Shown here: piece by piece, positions 1 through 9,033 of the stretch
Layout of the letters: the number at the start of each line of letters is the position of its first letter
Position numbering within the stretch: position 1 is the first letter of the stretch
Origin: an uncultured Gammaproteobacteria bacterium
Lineage (GTDB): Bacteria; Patescibacteriota; Microgenomatia; UBA8517
DNA: 61,958 nucleotides
Reading direction: 5' to 3'
Assembly (NCBI GenBank): GCA_964608405.1
Contig: CAZSNC010000002.1
Span: 8,155-70,112 of the forward strand
Notes under the pieces: generated by a model
The model's database searches: none
What the model was told of the DNA's origin: nothing
Seen by the model: only the letters and a program-made list of their open reading frames with translations
Translations under genes and position numbers: made by a program

Positions 1-935
1 ATTACCATATCTCCCATCGCAAAACCAACCCCAGGGATTTTATTTTTGGATCCGACCTCGGAGGTTAAGTTATCATATCTTCCGCCCCCCCAGATTGCTC
101 TGAAATTTCCTTTAACATCCCATCCCTCGAATACGGTTTTTGTGTAGTAATCCAAACCTCTCACGATTGATGCGTCGTATTCGATAAACGGTGATGCACC
201 CACATCATCAAGATATGAAAATATTGCTTTCAGCCAATCCGATTTTTCGAAGCCGTTTTTGTCCTGTAAAATATCCGTAACTTTTTGAACTTGCATATCA
301 TTTAAAGACGCCTCTTTAAGCATTTCTTTAAAATCACTTTCACTCACCTTTGATTTCTTATCTATAACCTTAAAAAGAGGGGGGATACCTTCTTTTGGAA
401 TACCGATTCCGCTTAGCTCCTTTTCCAAATTTTGTCTGTCGTTTATTTTTATTTTTACCTCATCGGGGGTAAGACCAAGTTTTTGAAAGAAGTATGCGGC
501 GACGCTAATTACCTCGGCATCGGCTTCTGGGCTTTCTGCACCCAAAATATCAATATCCCATTGGAAAAATTCTCTGCCTCTTCCTTTTTGCGGTGATTCG
601 TAACGAAACCTCCTACCGTATGTAAACCATTTTAAAGGAAAAGTGAGGCTGTTTTCGTTTTGGGCAACAATGCGGGCAAGGGAGGGGGTCATCTCGGGTC
701 TTAGGGCAACGGTGTTTCCCGATTTGTCCTTGAAAATAAACGCCTGCTTTTTGACAAGTTCTTCACCCGATTTCGCGGCGTAGAGAGTTAGCGGCTCGAG
801 TGTCGGACCGTTATATTCCTGGAAACCAAAAGATTCGGAAAGCCTCCTGAGCTTTTCATAAAACCAGTTCTGGAAAGCCATATCCTCGGGCAAAAAATCC
901 CGAAATCCTTTTAGTAACGCAATGTTTGTTTTCAT
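1..935 (-). CDS. hisS: Histidyl-tRNA synthetase, N-terminal ~311 codons; the 3' end runs off the window
   Basis: Own translation of the minus strand from ATG (complement of 933-935): MKTNIALLKGFRDFLPEDMAFQNWFYEKLRRL...GNTVALRPEMTPSLARIVAQ...YGRRFRYESPQKGRGREFFQ, matching class II HisRS motifs. Absent from the ORF track because it is open at the window edge. Confidence 0.85.
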   Translation of the reverse strand, partial: MKTNIALLKGFRDFLPEDMAFQNWFYEKLRRLSESFGFQEYNGPTLEPLTLYAAKSGEELVKKQAFIFKDKSGNTVALRPEMTPSLARIVAQNENSLTFPLKWFTYGRRFRYESPQKGRGREFFQWDIDILGAESPEADAEVISVAAYFFQKLGLTPDEVKIKINDRQNLEKELSGIGIPKEGIPPLFKVIDKKSKVSESDFKEMLKEASLNDMQVQKVTDILQDKNGFEKSDWLKAIFSYLDDVGASPFIEYDASIVRGLDYYTKTVFEGWDVKGNFRAIWGGGRYDNLTSEVGSKNKIPGVGFAMGDMV

Positions 936-1025
936 ACAGATATATTCTATAACAAACATCGATTATTTCCCATTGTAGATATCTTCAAAAACGTAGTATT
1001 TAACTCTTAACGGGAAGGATTCGGA

Positions 1026-2027
1026 TTACTCCGCTTGGGAATTTAGGATATAGATACGACGGGCAATGTTTTCATCCTTGTCTGAGAAATAAGATCCGAT
1101 CACGAAATCCCCTTCGGAAATATTTGCAAAACGTGCCTTTTCTGAAGAATCCGGAGAACCTTTGTAAGTTTTTGAGTTATTGTCTATCCCAACTACAATA
1201 TTTTCTGAGTCCTGCTGTGAAATTTCCATATCGTTTTTGTTTTTTGTCTCAACCCTCCCATAAAACACTTTAATTTCTTCGGGTACTTCAGGTTGGGTTA
1301 CTATGATTCTGAATGCATCCAAAACTGAATTGTCTTTCTTATAGCCAAGAGCCAATATGTAGTCGCCGATAGCTACATCCGAGGGGGCAATTTTACCAGT
1401 TGTTTTTCCGATCTTTGCAAACGAGGTTAATGTGCTTGTGTATGAGATTTGTTTAATTTCTCCTGACGTGGTTTTCATTTGAATACTCATATCGGTAATG
1501 TCTGTAACGGTTCCTTTAAAAAATTCCGCCTTTTTTTGGACATTTTCGAGTTTCTCCTCAATTTTTTCCTCAACGTCATCACTTTCCAAGGAATCGGATT
1601 TTATAGCCTCGGATGAATAGACAATTTCAAGTTTTATGTTTGAACGCGAGTTGTTTTCCGAGATGGAGTTTATATCCAGGTAATTAATTGACGGATCGAT
1701 TTCGTATTCAAAATTGAAAGATCCGTCACTTGAGCTTTTTGTAAAATAATCACTTGTTCCTCCAGTTACGACCAGATAACTGTTGGCTTTGGTAGTACCT
1801 GTTATCTGAATAACGTCGGTTCCAAATACCTGCATATTGTCGGGTTTTAAAAGTGTCAGTGGAGTATTTCCTTCCGTTTCCGGAGAGTCTTTGTCGACGA
1901 CTTCGGTATCAATTGTTATACCTTGAGAATTTTGCTTTATAGCTTTATTTGCTCGATATATTCCGAAAGCCAGAATAAGCCCCAGTGTGATTCCGAATAT
2001 GATCGCGAAAGTTGTCTCTTTACGCAT
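1026..2027 (-). CDS. Hypothetical membrane-anchored protein
   Basis: 333-aa ORF. One N-terminal hydrophobic helix (FAIIFGITLGLILAFGIY), then a Ser/Asp/Glu-rich domain. No family recognised. Confidence 0.6.
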   Translation of the reverse strand: MRKETTFAIIFGITLGLILAFGIYRANKAIKQNSQGITIDTEVVDKDSPETEGNTPLTLLKPDNMQVFGTDVIQITGTTKANSYLVVTGGTSDYFTKSSSDGSFNFEYEIDPSINYLDINSISENNSRSNIKLEIVYSSEAIKSDSLESDDVEEKIEEKLENVQKKAEFFKGTVTDITDMSIQMKTTSGEIKQISYTSTLTSFAKIGKTTGKIAPSDVAIGDYILALGYKKDNSVLDAFRIIVTQPEVPEEIKVFYGRVETKNKNDMEISQQDSENIVVGIDNNSKTYKGSPDSSEKARFANISEGDFVIGSYFSDKDENIARRIYILNSQAE

Positions 2028-2116
2028 GATTTACAATTAGCCAAGGACAACTATATTTTACCAACTTCTCCTTGTCAAGTTGGCGAGAAAGAAATAAGAT
2101 ACATAGAGTGTAGATT

Positions 2117-2767
2117 ATGGATATCACTTACCTTGGTCACTCATCGTTTAAACTCAGGGGAAAAACGGCTGCTGTAATAACCGATCCTTTTGATCCCACA
2201 ATGGTCGGCCTGAAATTTCCCAAGAATGAAGCCGATATTGTAACTGTTTCACACGACCACGAAGACCATAATAAAGTTGATTTGGTTATTAATACCAAGA
2301 TGGTAATCTCGGGAGCGGGGGAGTATGAGATTATGGGTGTTTCCGTTATCGGAGTGGAGACCGATCATGATGCTTCCGGAGGAGGAGAAAGAGGAAAAAA
2401 TATCATTTATGTTTTTGAGGTGGACGGGGTCAGAATTGCCCACTTGGGGGATTTGGGGCACAAACTATCGGACAAAATTATCGAACAGCTTGGGGATGTT
2501 GATGTATTGATGATTCCTGTTGGGGGTGTGTATACGATAGGGCCCAGGGATGCTGTGGATATTGCAAAGGAGTTTGACTGCCCATACATTATCCCGATGC
2601 ATTATAAAACCGCCGGAATAAACGAGGAGAATTTCGGGAAGTTAAATACGGTTGATGATTTTTTGAAGGAGTCGGGTTATGAAGTTGAGAAGATCGATAA
2701 GTTGATACTCAAAAAAGAGCTTATTAATTACGAACAGAGAAAAGTCGTAATCATAGAAAAGAAATAA
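2117..2767 (+). CDS. Metallo-beta-lactamase-fold metal-dependent hydrolase (UPF0173-like)
   Basis: 216 aa. MDITYLGHSSFKL start and VTVSHDHEDH metal-binding motif, typical of the MBL superfamily. Confidence 0.75.
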   Translation: MDITYLGHSSFKLRGKTAAVITDPFDPTMVGLKFPKNEADIVTVSHDHEDHNKVDLVINTKMVISGAGEYEIMGVSVIGVETDHDASGGGERGKNIIYVFEVDGVRIAHLGDLGHKLSDKIIEQLGDVDVLMIPVGGVYTIGPRDAVDIAKEFDCPYIIPMHYKTAGINEENFGKLNTVDDFLKESGYEVEKIDKLILKKELINYEQRKVVIIEKK

Positions 2768-2808
2768 ATTACTGCTTGTAGTTCAATTAGATTCTGCCCT
2801 TTATTTAG

Positions 2809-4137
2809 ATGGTTTTAAATTCATTAAAGACCGATCCCAAAATTCCTCCTCATTCTACCGAGGCTGAAACATCGGTTTTGGGAGCAATGTTATTGGACAA
2901 AGATTCGATAATTTCGGTAGCGGAATTTTTGGAAGCGACTGACTTTTACGACGAGCGACACAAAAAAATCTACGAGGCGATGATTTCCCTTTACGAAGAC
3001 AGAGTGCCGATCGATATCCTGACGGTTTCGGAAAAGTTGAAAAAAAAGAAAGACTTTAAAATTATCGGTGGGGCAACGTACCTTGCCCAGCTGACAAACG
3101 CCGTTCCGACAGCCGCACATGTTGAGCACTACGGAAAGATTGTTAAGAATTTGGCAACAAAAAGACAACTTCTGGCGGCTTCCTCAAAACTTACCGAAAT
3201 GTCTTTTGACGAAGGGGTCTCCGCGGAGGATCTGCTGGACAAAGCGGAATCGGAAATATTTTCACTTACGCAAAAGCATCTGGCAAAGTCTTTCACCTCG
3301 GTAAGAAGTGCGCTTGAGGAAAGCTTTGACCGGCTAGACGAACTTCACAAGCGGGCAGACGGGCTTCGTGGTGTACCGACAGGCTACAAAGATTTGGATG
3401 ACAGTCTTGCCGGATTCCAACCTTCAAATCTTTTAATTTTGGCCGCAAGACCTGGGGTAGGAAAAACTACACTGGCACTTAATATTGCCCAGAATGTTGC
3501 CGTAAAGTACAAAAAGAGCGTCGGCTTTTTCTCACTCGAAATGAGCAAAGAGGAACTTGTCGATAGGCTCCTAGTGTCACAGGCTGATATTGATGCGTGG
3601 AAATTAAAAACAGGCAAACTTTCAGAGGATGACTTTACCTCACTTTCAAACGCAATGGGGGAACTTGCCGAGGCTCCTATATATATTGACGATACTCCAG
3701 CGCTTTCAATTTTGGAGATGCGTACTAAAGCAAGACGACTTCAGGTTGAACACGGACTTGACCTTATTATTGTTGATTATTTACAACTTGCCCGTTCAAG
3801 ACAGCTTGAAAACAGGGTGCAGGAAGTATCCGAGATTTCTCAAGGATTGAAAAACTTAGCAAGAGAGCTTAAGGTCCCTGTACTAGCACTTTCTCAGCTT
3901 TCCAGAGCGGTGGAGCAGAGGGGTGGACCCAAAAGACCTCAGCTGGCCGATCTTCGCGAATCAGGAAGCATTGAACAGGACTCAGACGTTGTGATGTTCA
4001 TTTGGCGTGAAGATGAAGAGAATCTTGAAAACATGTCGCTGGATATCGCAAAACACAGAAATGGTCCAACCGGCTCGATAAAACTCTTCTTTAGGGGCGA
4101 CAGGATCAAGTTTTACGGAAGGGATACAAAGAGATAA
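2809..4137 (+). CDS. dnaB: Replicative DNA helicase DnaB
   Basis: 442 aa. PPHSTEAETSVLGAML N-terminal signature, Walker A ARPGVGKTT, FSLEMS, IVDYLQL, LSQLSR and ESGSIEQDSD motifs. Confidence 0.95.
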   Translation: MVLNSLKTDPKIPPHSTEAETSVLGAMLLDKDSIISVAEFLEATDFYDERHKKIYEAMISLYEDRVPIDILTVSEKLKKKKDFKIIGGATYLAQLTNAVPTAAHVEHYGKIVKNLATKRQLLAASSKLTEMSFDEGVSAEDLLDKAESEIFSLTQKHLAKSFTSVRSALEESFDRLDELHKRADGLRGVPTGYKDLDDSLAGFQPSNLLILAARPGVGKTTLALNIAQNVAVKYKKSVGFFSLEMSKEELVDRLLVSQADIDAWKLKTGKLSEDDFTSLSNAMGELAEAPIYIDDTPALSILEMRTKARRLQVEHGLDLIIVDYLQLARSRQLENRVQEVSEISQGLKNLARELKVPVLALSQLSRAVEQRGGPKRPQLADLRESGSIEQDSDVVMFIWREDEENLENMSLDIAKHRNGPTGSIKLFFRGDRIKFYGRDTKR

Positions 4138-4270
4138 TAATAGATACACATCGTATAGACTTTCTTAATCACCTCTAAAGATAAGCCGTTTGGTATTTAA
4201 GATTGAGGTTCCAGAAGGTTGAGACAAAAAGATAAGTTTGTTAATAACATTAGGATCACAAGATACCGCG

Positions 4271-4299
4271 TTGCAATTAAATCAAATGTAACCTATAAT
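4271..4299 (+). promoter_or_regulatory. Sigma70-type promoter for the 4332-10847 operon
   Basis: TTGCAA (4271-4276), a 17-nt spacer, then TATAAT (4294-4299), about 30 nt upstream of the first start codon. Confidence 0.6.
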
Positions 4300-4331
4300 A
4301 TAGCAATATTGGTAGTACCAAATTGAATATT

Positions 4332-5804
4332 ATGGAAAAAATAAGATTATTAGTTATAGGAATAGGTCCGCATTGTAGAAGAGTATACCTTCCCGCAATG
4401 AAAGAATTGGGAAAGGTATTTGATGCCGAAATAGTTTTAGGTATTGATGTTAAACAAAATGCTTGTGAAATATCAGAATATTGCCTAAATAATAATTTTA
4501 ATTTTCCAATTTACTTTATTGATCCTTTTCCTCCTGCTGAAAAACTTCCAATCAAATTACAAGAGAAACTTTCCAAGTTTGTGTACGATAACAAAATTAA
4601 CGCAGTAATTATTAGTACTGAACCCCTTGTTCATGCCGCTTATGGTCGTTGGGCATTATCCGAGAAACTACATATCCTGATGGATAAACCCATTTCTACG
4701 CGAACGGGAGTAGTGGAAAACCTAAAGCAAGCTAAAGGAATAATGAAAGATTATGATGACCTTTTAGAAGAGTATCAAAAACTACAAAAGGTTAAAAAGA
4801 CGATATTTTCCGTCAATGTTCAGCGACGTTATCATATTGGTTTTCGACATGTATTGAATTTGATTAATGAAGTATCTGGTAGGTTTAACGCTCCTGTCAC
4901 ATCGATACAGAGCATGCACGCGGATGGTCAATGGCGTCTACCGGATGAAATTATCACACAGATTTATCATCCTTATTGTCAGGGTTATGGAAAGTGTTCC
5001 CACAGCGGTTATCATATTTTTGATATAGCCTCGATGTTTTATAAAGCAGGAATCAGACCCGGAAAAGTTCCGAATAAGGCTGAAGTTTATTCTTCATTCG
5101 TCGACCCAAGGGGATTTATTAAACAGTTTAACCAGGATGATTACCGAAAATATTTTGGTAATGATTATATGATAAAAAATAACTGGACTGATAATAAACT
5201 TGATAAAATGTATAAAGGATTTGGAGAGTTGGATTCTTTCAGTACAATTAGGTTACTTAAGGATAATGATAATATTTGTAATATTTCCATTAATTTAATG
5301 CATAATTCTTTTGCCAGACGAACTTGGCTTCAACCCGGGGTGGATTTATACAAAGGGAATGGTAGAGTGAAACACGAATACCACAATATTCAACAAGGTC
5401 CGTTTCAGTGTATCCAAATTCACAGTTACCAAGTTAATGACAAACATGATATTAACACAGATCAAGACTTAGACTGGGGAGGTAATAACCATTTTGACAT
5501 CTATGTATATAGAAACGCAGGTATGTTTGGACGTACAGAAAAACCTATTCAACTATACAGAATATCCGATCTGGACTACGATAAATTATACTCTCTAAAT
5601 AAATTAGCTTCAGAGACAGCTAAACAAATAGTTTTGAAAGAGTTTTTAAGTTACATACGGAAAATAATAAAAAAGACAGAACTCATTTCCAGTATTGAGG
5701 ACCACTGGTGGGGTGTTAAATTTATGAGTTCTGTTTATGTTTCTCACATCATGAGTCAACAAAATAAAACACCTATAGTTCGATTCAATTTAAATCACGT
5801 ATGA
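4332..5804 (+). CDS. Gfo/Idh/MocA-family NAD(P)-dependent oxidoreductase, with a long divergent C-terminal half
   Basis: N-terminal Rossmann segment IRLLVIGIGPHCRRVYLPAM and family motif ISTEPLVHAAYGRWALSEKLHILMDKP. ATG at 4332 is preferred over the TTG at 4323 used by the ORF track. Confidence 0.7.
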   Translation: MEKIRLLVIGIGPHCRRVYLPAMKELGKVFDAEIVLGIDVKQNACEISEYCLNNNFNFPIYFIDPFPPAEKLPIKLQEKLSKFVYDNKINAVIISTEPLVHAAYGRWALSEKLHILMDKPISTRTGVVENLKQAKGIMKDYDDLLEEYQKLQKVKKTIFSVNVQRRYHIGFRHVLNLINEVSGRFNAPVTSIQSMHADGQWRLPDEIITQIYHPYCQGYGKCSHSGYHIFDIASMFYKAGIRPGKVPNKAEVYSSFVDPRGFIKQFNQDDYRKYFGNDYMIKNNWTDNKLDKMYKGFGELDSFSTIRLLKDNDNICNISINLMHNSFARRTWLQPGVDLYKGNGRVKHEYHNIQQGPFQCIQIHSYQVNDKHDINTDQDLDWGGNNHFDIYVYRNAGMFGRTEKPIQLYRISDLDYDKLYSLNKLASETAKQIVLKEFLSYIRKIIKKTELISSIEDHWWGVKFMSSVYVSHIMSQQNKTPIVRFNLNHV

Positions 5805-7186
5805 AACATACTACATACAATTCAATAACAGCTAATGAGGCTATCTGTAAAGGTTTTTTTGACGGAGGTTGTCAGATGGCCTTTAACTTCCCCGGTTTTA
5901 AAAGCCATTTAATTTTTTCATCACTGGGTGGAAAACAGATTTCTATAAATGAAAAAGTTGCATATGAAGAGGCTTTCGGCTCATCTTTGGCTGGAAAACG
6001 TACCGTAGTCAGCTTTAAAAATGTAGGGTTGAATGTTGCGGCTGACGCGTATTTGAACTCCCTTATTAGCGGTGTTAATGCTGGATTGGTTGTAGTGGTT
6101 ACTGAAGACACAGATGTTTCCGATTCACAAAATCTTATGGACTCTCGATATTATATGGAATTTTATGGAGGTTTGTGGCTGGAACCTTTTGATCCTCAGT
6201 CTGCATACGACTTGGCATATCATTCGTTTGCATGGTCGGAAAAGTTTCATCTACCCGTGGTTATACGCTTGACTAGTCGGCTGTTTGATACAACAGGTAA
6301 ATTGACAACGAAAATAAAAATAAATTATTCAGGTAAACCTGTATACAATCACGACCAATATATTATCCATCCTACCAACTGGAAAAAACAGCAGGTAGAA
6401 TTAAACCGTAAAAACACTAAAATTAGAAAATTTGTAGAAAGTATTTATCGTCAAAATACCCTGAAGAATATTAATGTAATAGCTTTCGGAGCTTGTGGGA
6501 GCGATATAGCGGATGCAAATCTTTCAAAATCAAATTTGCTTCAGATCTATACATATCCTTTTCCAGAATCGCTTATTGAAAAAACAATTATAAACAATCC
6601 AGAGATAAAAGTGTTCGAGGTTGGGGGAGTTTACGCTCTGTCTAAAATTAACCAATATATTGGGCATGGTTTTCGAGAGATCAAAAATAACCCCAGTATT
6701 ACCCCAGACCTATCTTCTACATATAGGGTTTGGAATAAACTAGAAAATCTTTTTCGTAGTATAAAATACACAAATCCTGACTATGTAATCGCTGATTTAA
6801 CTCAATTTACAAGAGAAAATACTGATACAGTTGACAGTTGTCTATGTCTGGGTTCAAGCGTGGCGGTGGGTATAGGTTTTGCAATGTCTGGTTATATGAA
6901 TGTGGTTGCGGTAGTCGGAGACGCGTCCTTTATCCACGGTGGAACTGACATACTTACAGAAGCAGTATTACGGAAGGTTAAAATATTAATTGTACTTGTG
7001 GATAATGGTGGCTCTTGGTGTACTGGAAACCAAAAACCAATTCCTTTTAATAGAATTAAAAATATTCAAGGTATCAGCTACAAAAAAATAGATTATACAA
7101 CCACGACGGCTGATCAACTTAGGGGCATCGTCAAAAAATGCAGGGAAACTCCTGGTGTTACCTTGTTGCATCTATTAACAAAATAA
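5801..7186 (+). CDS. Thiamine-diphosphate enzyme related to indolepyruvate:ferredoxin oxidoreductase alpha (IorA), lacking the 4Fe-4S ferredoxin insert
   Basis: FKNVGLNVAADAYLNSLISGVNAGLVVVVTEDTDVSDSQNLMDSRYY resembles the IorA/POR pyrimidine-binding domain. C-terminal ThDP motif GDASFIHGG...VDNGG. No CxxCxxCxxxC clusters. Its ATG overlaps the upstream stop (ATGA, 5801-5804). Confidence 0.65.
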   Translation: MKHTTYNSITANEAICKGFFDGGCQMAFNFPGFKSHLIFSSLGGKQISINEKVAYEEAFGSSLAGKRTVVSFKNVGLNVAADAYLNSLISGVNAGLVVVVTEDTDVSDSQNLMDSRYYMEFYGGLWLEPFDPQSAYDLAYHSFAWSEKFHLPVVIRLTSRLFDTTGKLTTKIKINYSGKPVYNHDQYIIHPTNWKKQQVELNRKNTKIRKFVESIYRQNTLKNINVIAFGACGSDIADANLSKSNLLQIYTYPFPESLIEKTIINNPEIKVFEVGGVYALSKINQYIGHGFREIKNNPSITPDLSSTYRVWNKLENLFRSIKYTNPDYVIADLTQFTRENTDTVDSCLCLGSSVAVGIGFAMSGYMNVVAVVGDASFIHGGTDILTEAVLRKVKILIVLVDNGGSWCTGNQKPIPFNRIKNIQGISYKKIDYTTTTADQLRGIVKKCRETPGVTLLHLLTK

Positions 7187-7193
7187 TTATTCC

Positions 7194-7811
7194 ATGAAAG
7201 AAAAAACGATATACATAGAGGGTTTAGACAAAACCGGTAAAGATACACTTGCGGAAAAATTATGTGCTTATTTTGGCCCCGAAAATGTGATTGTAAGAAA
7301 AGGGTTCATAGCACAATGTAGTCCATACATCGAACAATTAAATAATAAACTCAAAGAAGAACAAAGAGACGAAGATGATATTCTCAAGATTTGTTCTCAA
7401 GCAGCCCTCTTTGATTATACAGATTGCTTTGGTGTATGTAATCTTAAATGTTTTAAGGGAAATACATTAATTATCGTATCTCAAGTGGCTCCTAGGTCAT
7501 ATTCGTATCACAGTGGTTTTCAAACAGGTAAAGAAGAATTGTTTAGAAAGACGTGGAATAAATTCGACCCGAATAAAATTGATTTACCGATATTATTGAC
7601 AGTATCTCCGGAGATAAGAAGCCAGAGGACTAACAGTGAAACAGCATCTCGTCATGACCTGGACTTGGTTACCCATCCCGAGGCTACAATTAAGGCAGAT
7701 ATAGCTTTGAGAAAATTACTAGAAGAAGCTTTTAAATCAAGACTGCTTTTAATTGATACCTCTAACAAAGATCAAGACCAAGTTTTTAATTTAGCCATTA
7801 AACAATTATGA
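7194..7811 (+). CDS. Thymidylate-kinase-like P-loop protein with an atypical Walker A
   Basis: 205 aa. IYIEGLDKTGKDTLAEKL resembles the Tmk GxDGxGKTT motif, but Asp follows the Lys. Confidence 0.55.
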   Translation: MKEKTIYIEGLDKTGKDTLAEKLCAYFGPENVIVRKGFIAQCSPYIEQLNNKLKEEQRDEDDILKICSQAALFDYTDCFGVCNLKCFKGNTLIIVSQVAPRSYSYHSGFQTGKEELFRKTWNKFDPNKIDLPILLTVSPEIRSQRTNSETASRHDLDLVTHPEATIKADIALRKLLEEAFKSRLLLIDTSNKDQDQVFNLAIKQL

Positions 7812-9031
7812 ACTATACCAAAATAATAAGCAGGGTAAAGGATGAAGAAAAAATAAATCGGGGATTTTTACATTTGACTGCGAATGAAAACCAAATGTCT
7901 AATACGGCCCGATATTTCTTGAATTCCAAACTATCCGAACGTTACTACTTTGGGCGGGGTTTAAATGGGATCGCGGGTAACGGTATTTTTACCTGTTTAG
8001 GTCTTGGAAGAGTTGCTGATCTTGTTGAAATGGCTATCGAGTCAGCAAAGAAGATGCTAAATGCAGAATCGATAAATTTGTCGTGTTTATCTGGGGTTCA
8101 TGCTATGATGTGTACAATTCTTTCCGTAACTGAACCTGGGGATTATGTAATTACAGTGCATCATAACAACGGTGGCCACTTTGCCACCAAAGGAATATTG
8201 GAAAGGGTTGGTAGAAAACAACTGTTTGCAGCATACGACGTAGAAAATAACTGTTTTGACTATGAACAAATCGTTAAGGATTGCACGCGTTTTAATGTAA
8301 AGGCAATTTATTTTGATATATCTTACTACCTGGAACCAATTATGATAGAAAAATTGAGATTGAAAATTAACCCTAAAACAGTGATTATTTTTGATGCCAG
8401 TCATACTCTGGGGTTAATTATGGGAAAAGCTTTTAGTAACCCATTTAGTCAGGGGGCAGATGTTATTTGCGGTAATACTCATAAAACCCTTCCAGGCCCG
8501 CAAAAAGGAATGGTTTCGTTTAAACACAAAGACCTTGGAGATAAAGCCAATAGGATAATTGACAGTTGTTTGTATTCATCTGCACATACACATCACCTGC
8601 TTTCTCTGGCCGTAACTATACTTGAAATGGATAAGTTTGGTGAATCTTATGCTGCACAAGTAGTGAATAATTCGAACGCCATCGGTGCAGCTTTTGAAAG
8701 ATTGGGTTACGAAGTTAGAAAAACAGTCGACGGTAAATATTCATATAATCATCAGTGTCATGTATTTTTACCAAAGGATTCCAATCCCTTGCGTTTATAT
8801 AAGAATTTAATAAATAACAATATTTCTACCAACTTTGATGATCCGTTGGGTGGGCGAGTGTTTATTAGGATTGGTACACAAGAAATAACCAGACGTGGAA
8901 TGAAAGAAATTGATATGGAGAGAGTTGCAGACTATGTTGATTTAGCCTTAAGGGGTAAATCAGTGGTTAACGAAGTATTGATGTTCAACAAAGAATTTTC
9001 AAAGATTTACTATTCATTTGATAATAACTAA
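7808..9031 (+). CDS. Serine hydroxymethyltransferase-fold PLP-dependent enzyme (divergent)
   Basis: 407 aa. LTANENQMS (compare SHMT ASENF) and PLP-lysine motif GNTHKTLPGPQKG (compare SHMT THKTLRGPRGG). ATGA overlap with the upstream gene. Confidence 0.65.
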   Translation: MNYTKIISRVKDEEKINRGFLHLTANENQMSNTARYFLNSKLSERYYFGRGLNGIAGNGIFTCLGLGRVADLVEMAIESAKKMLNAESINLSCLSGVHAMMCTILSVTEPGDYVITVHHNNGGHFATKGILERVGRKQLFAAYDVENNCFDYEQIVKDCTRFNVKAIYFDISYYLEPIMIEKLRLKINPKTVIIFDASHTLGLIMGKAFSNPFSQGADVICGNTHKTLPGPQKGMVSFKHKDLGDKANRIIDSCLYSSAHTHHLLSLAVTILEMDKFGESYAAQVVNNSNAIGAAFERLGYEVRKTVDGKYSYNHQCHVFLPKDSNPLRLYKNLINNNISTNFDDPLGGRVFIRIGTQEITRRGMKEIDMERVADYVDLALRGKSVVNEVLMFNKEFSKIYYSFDNN

Positions 9032-9033
9032 TT

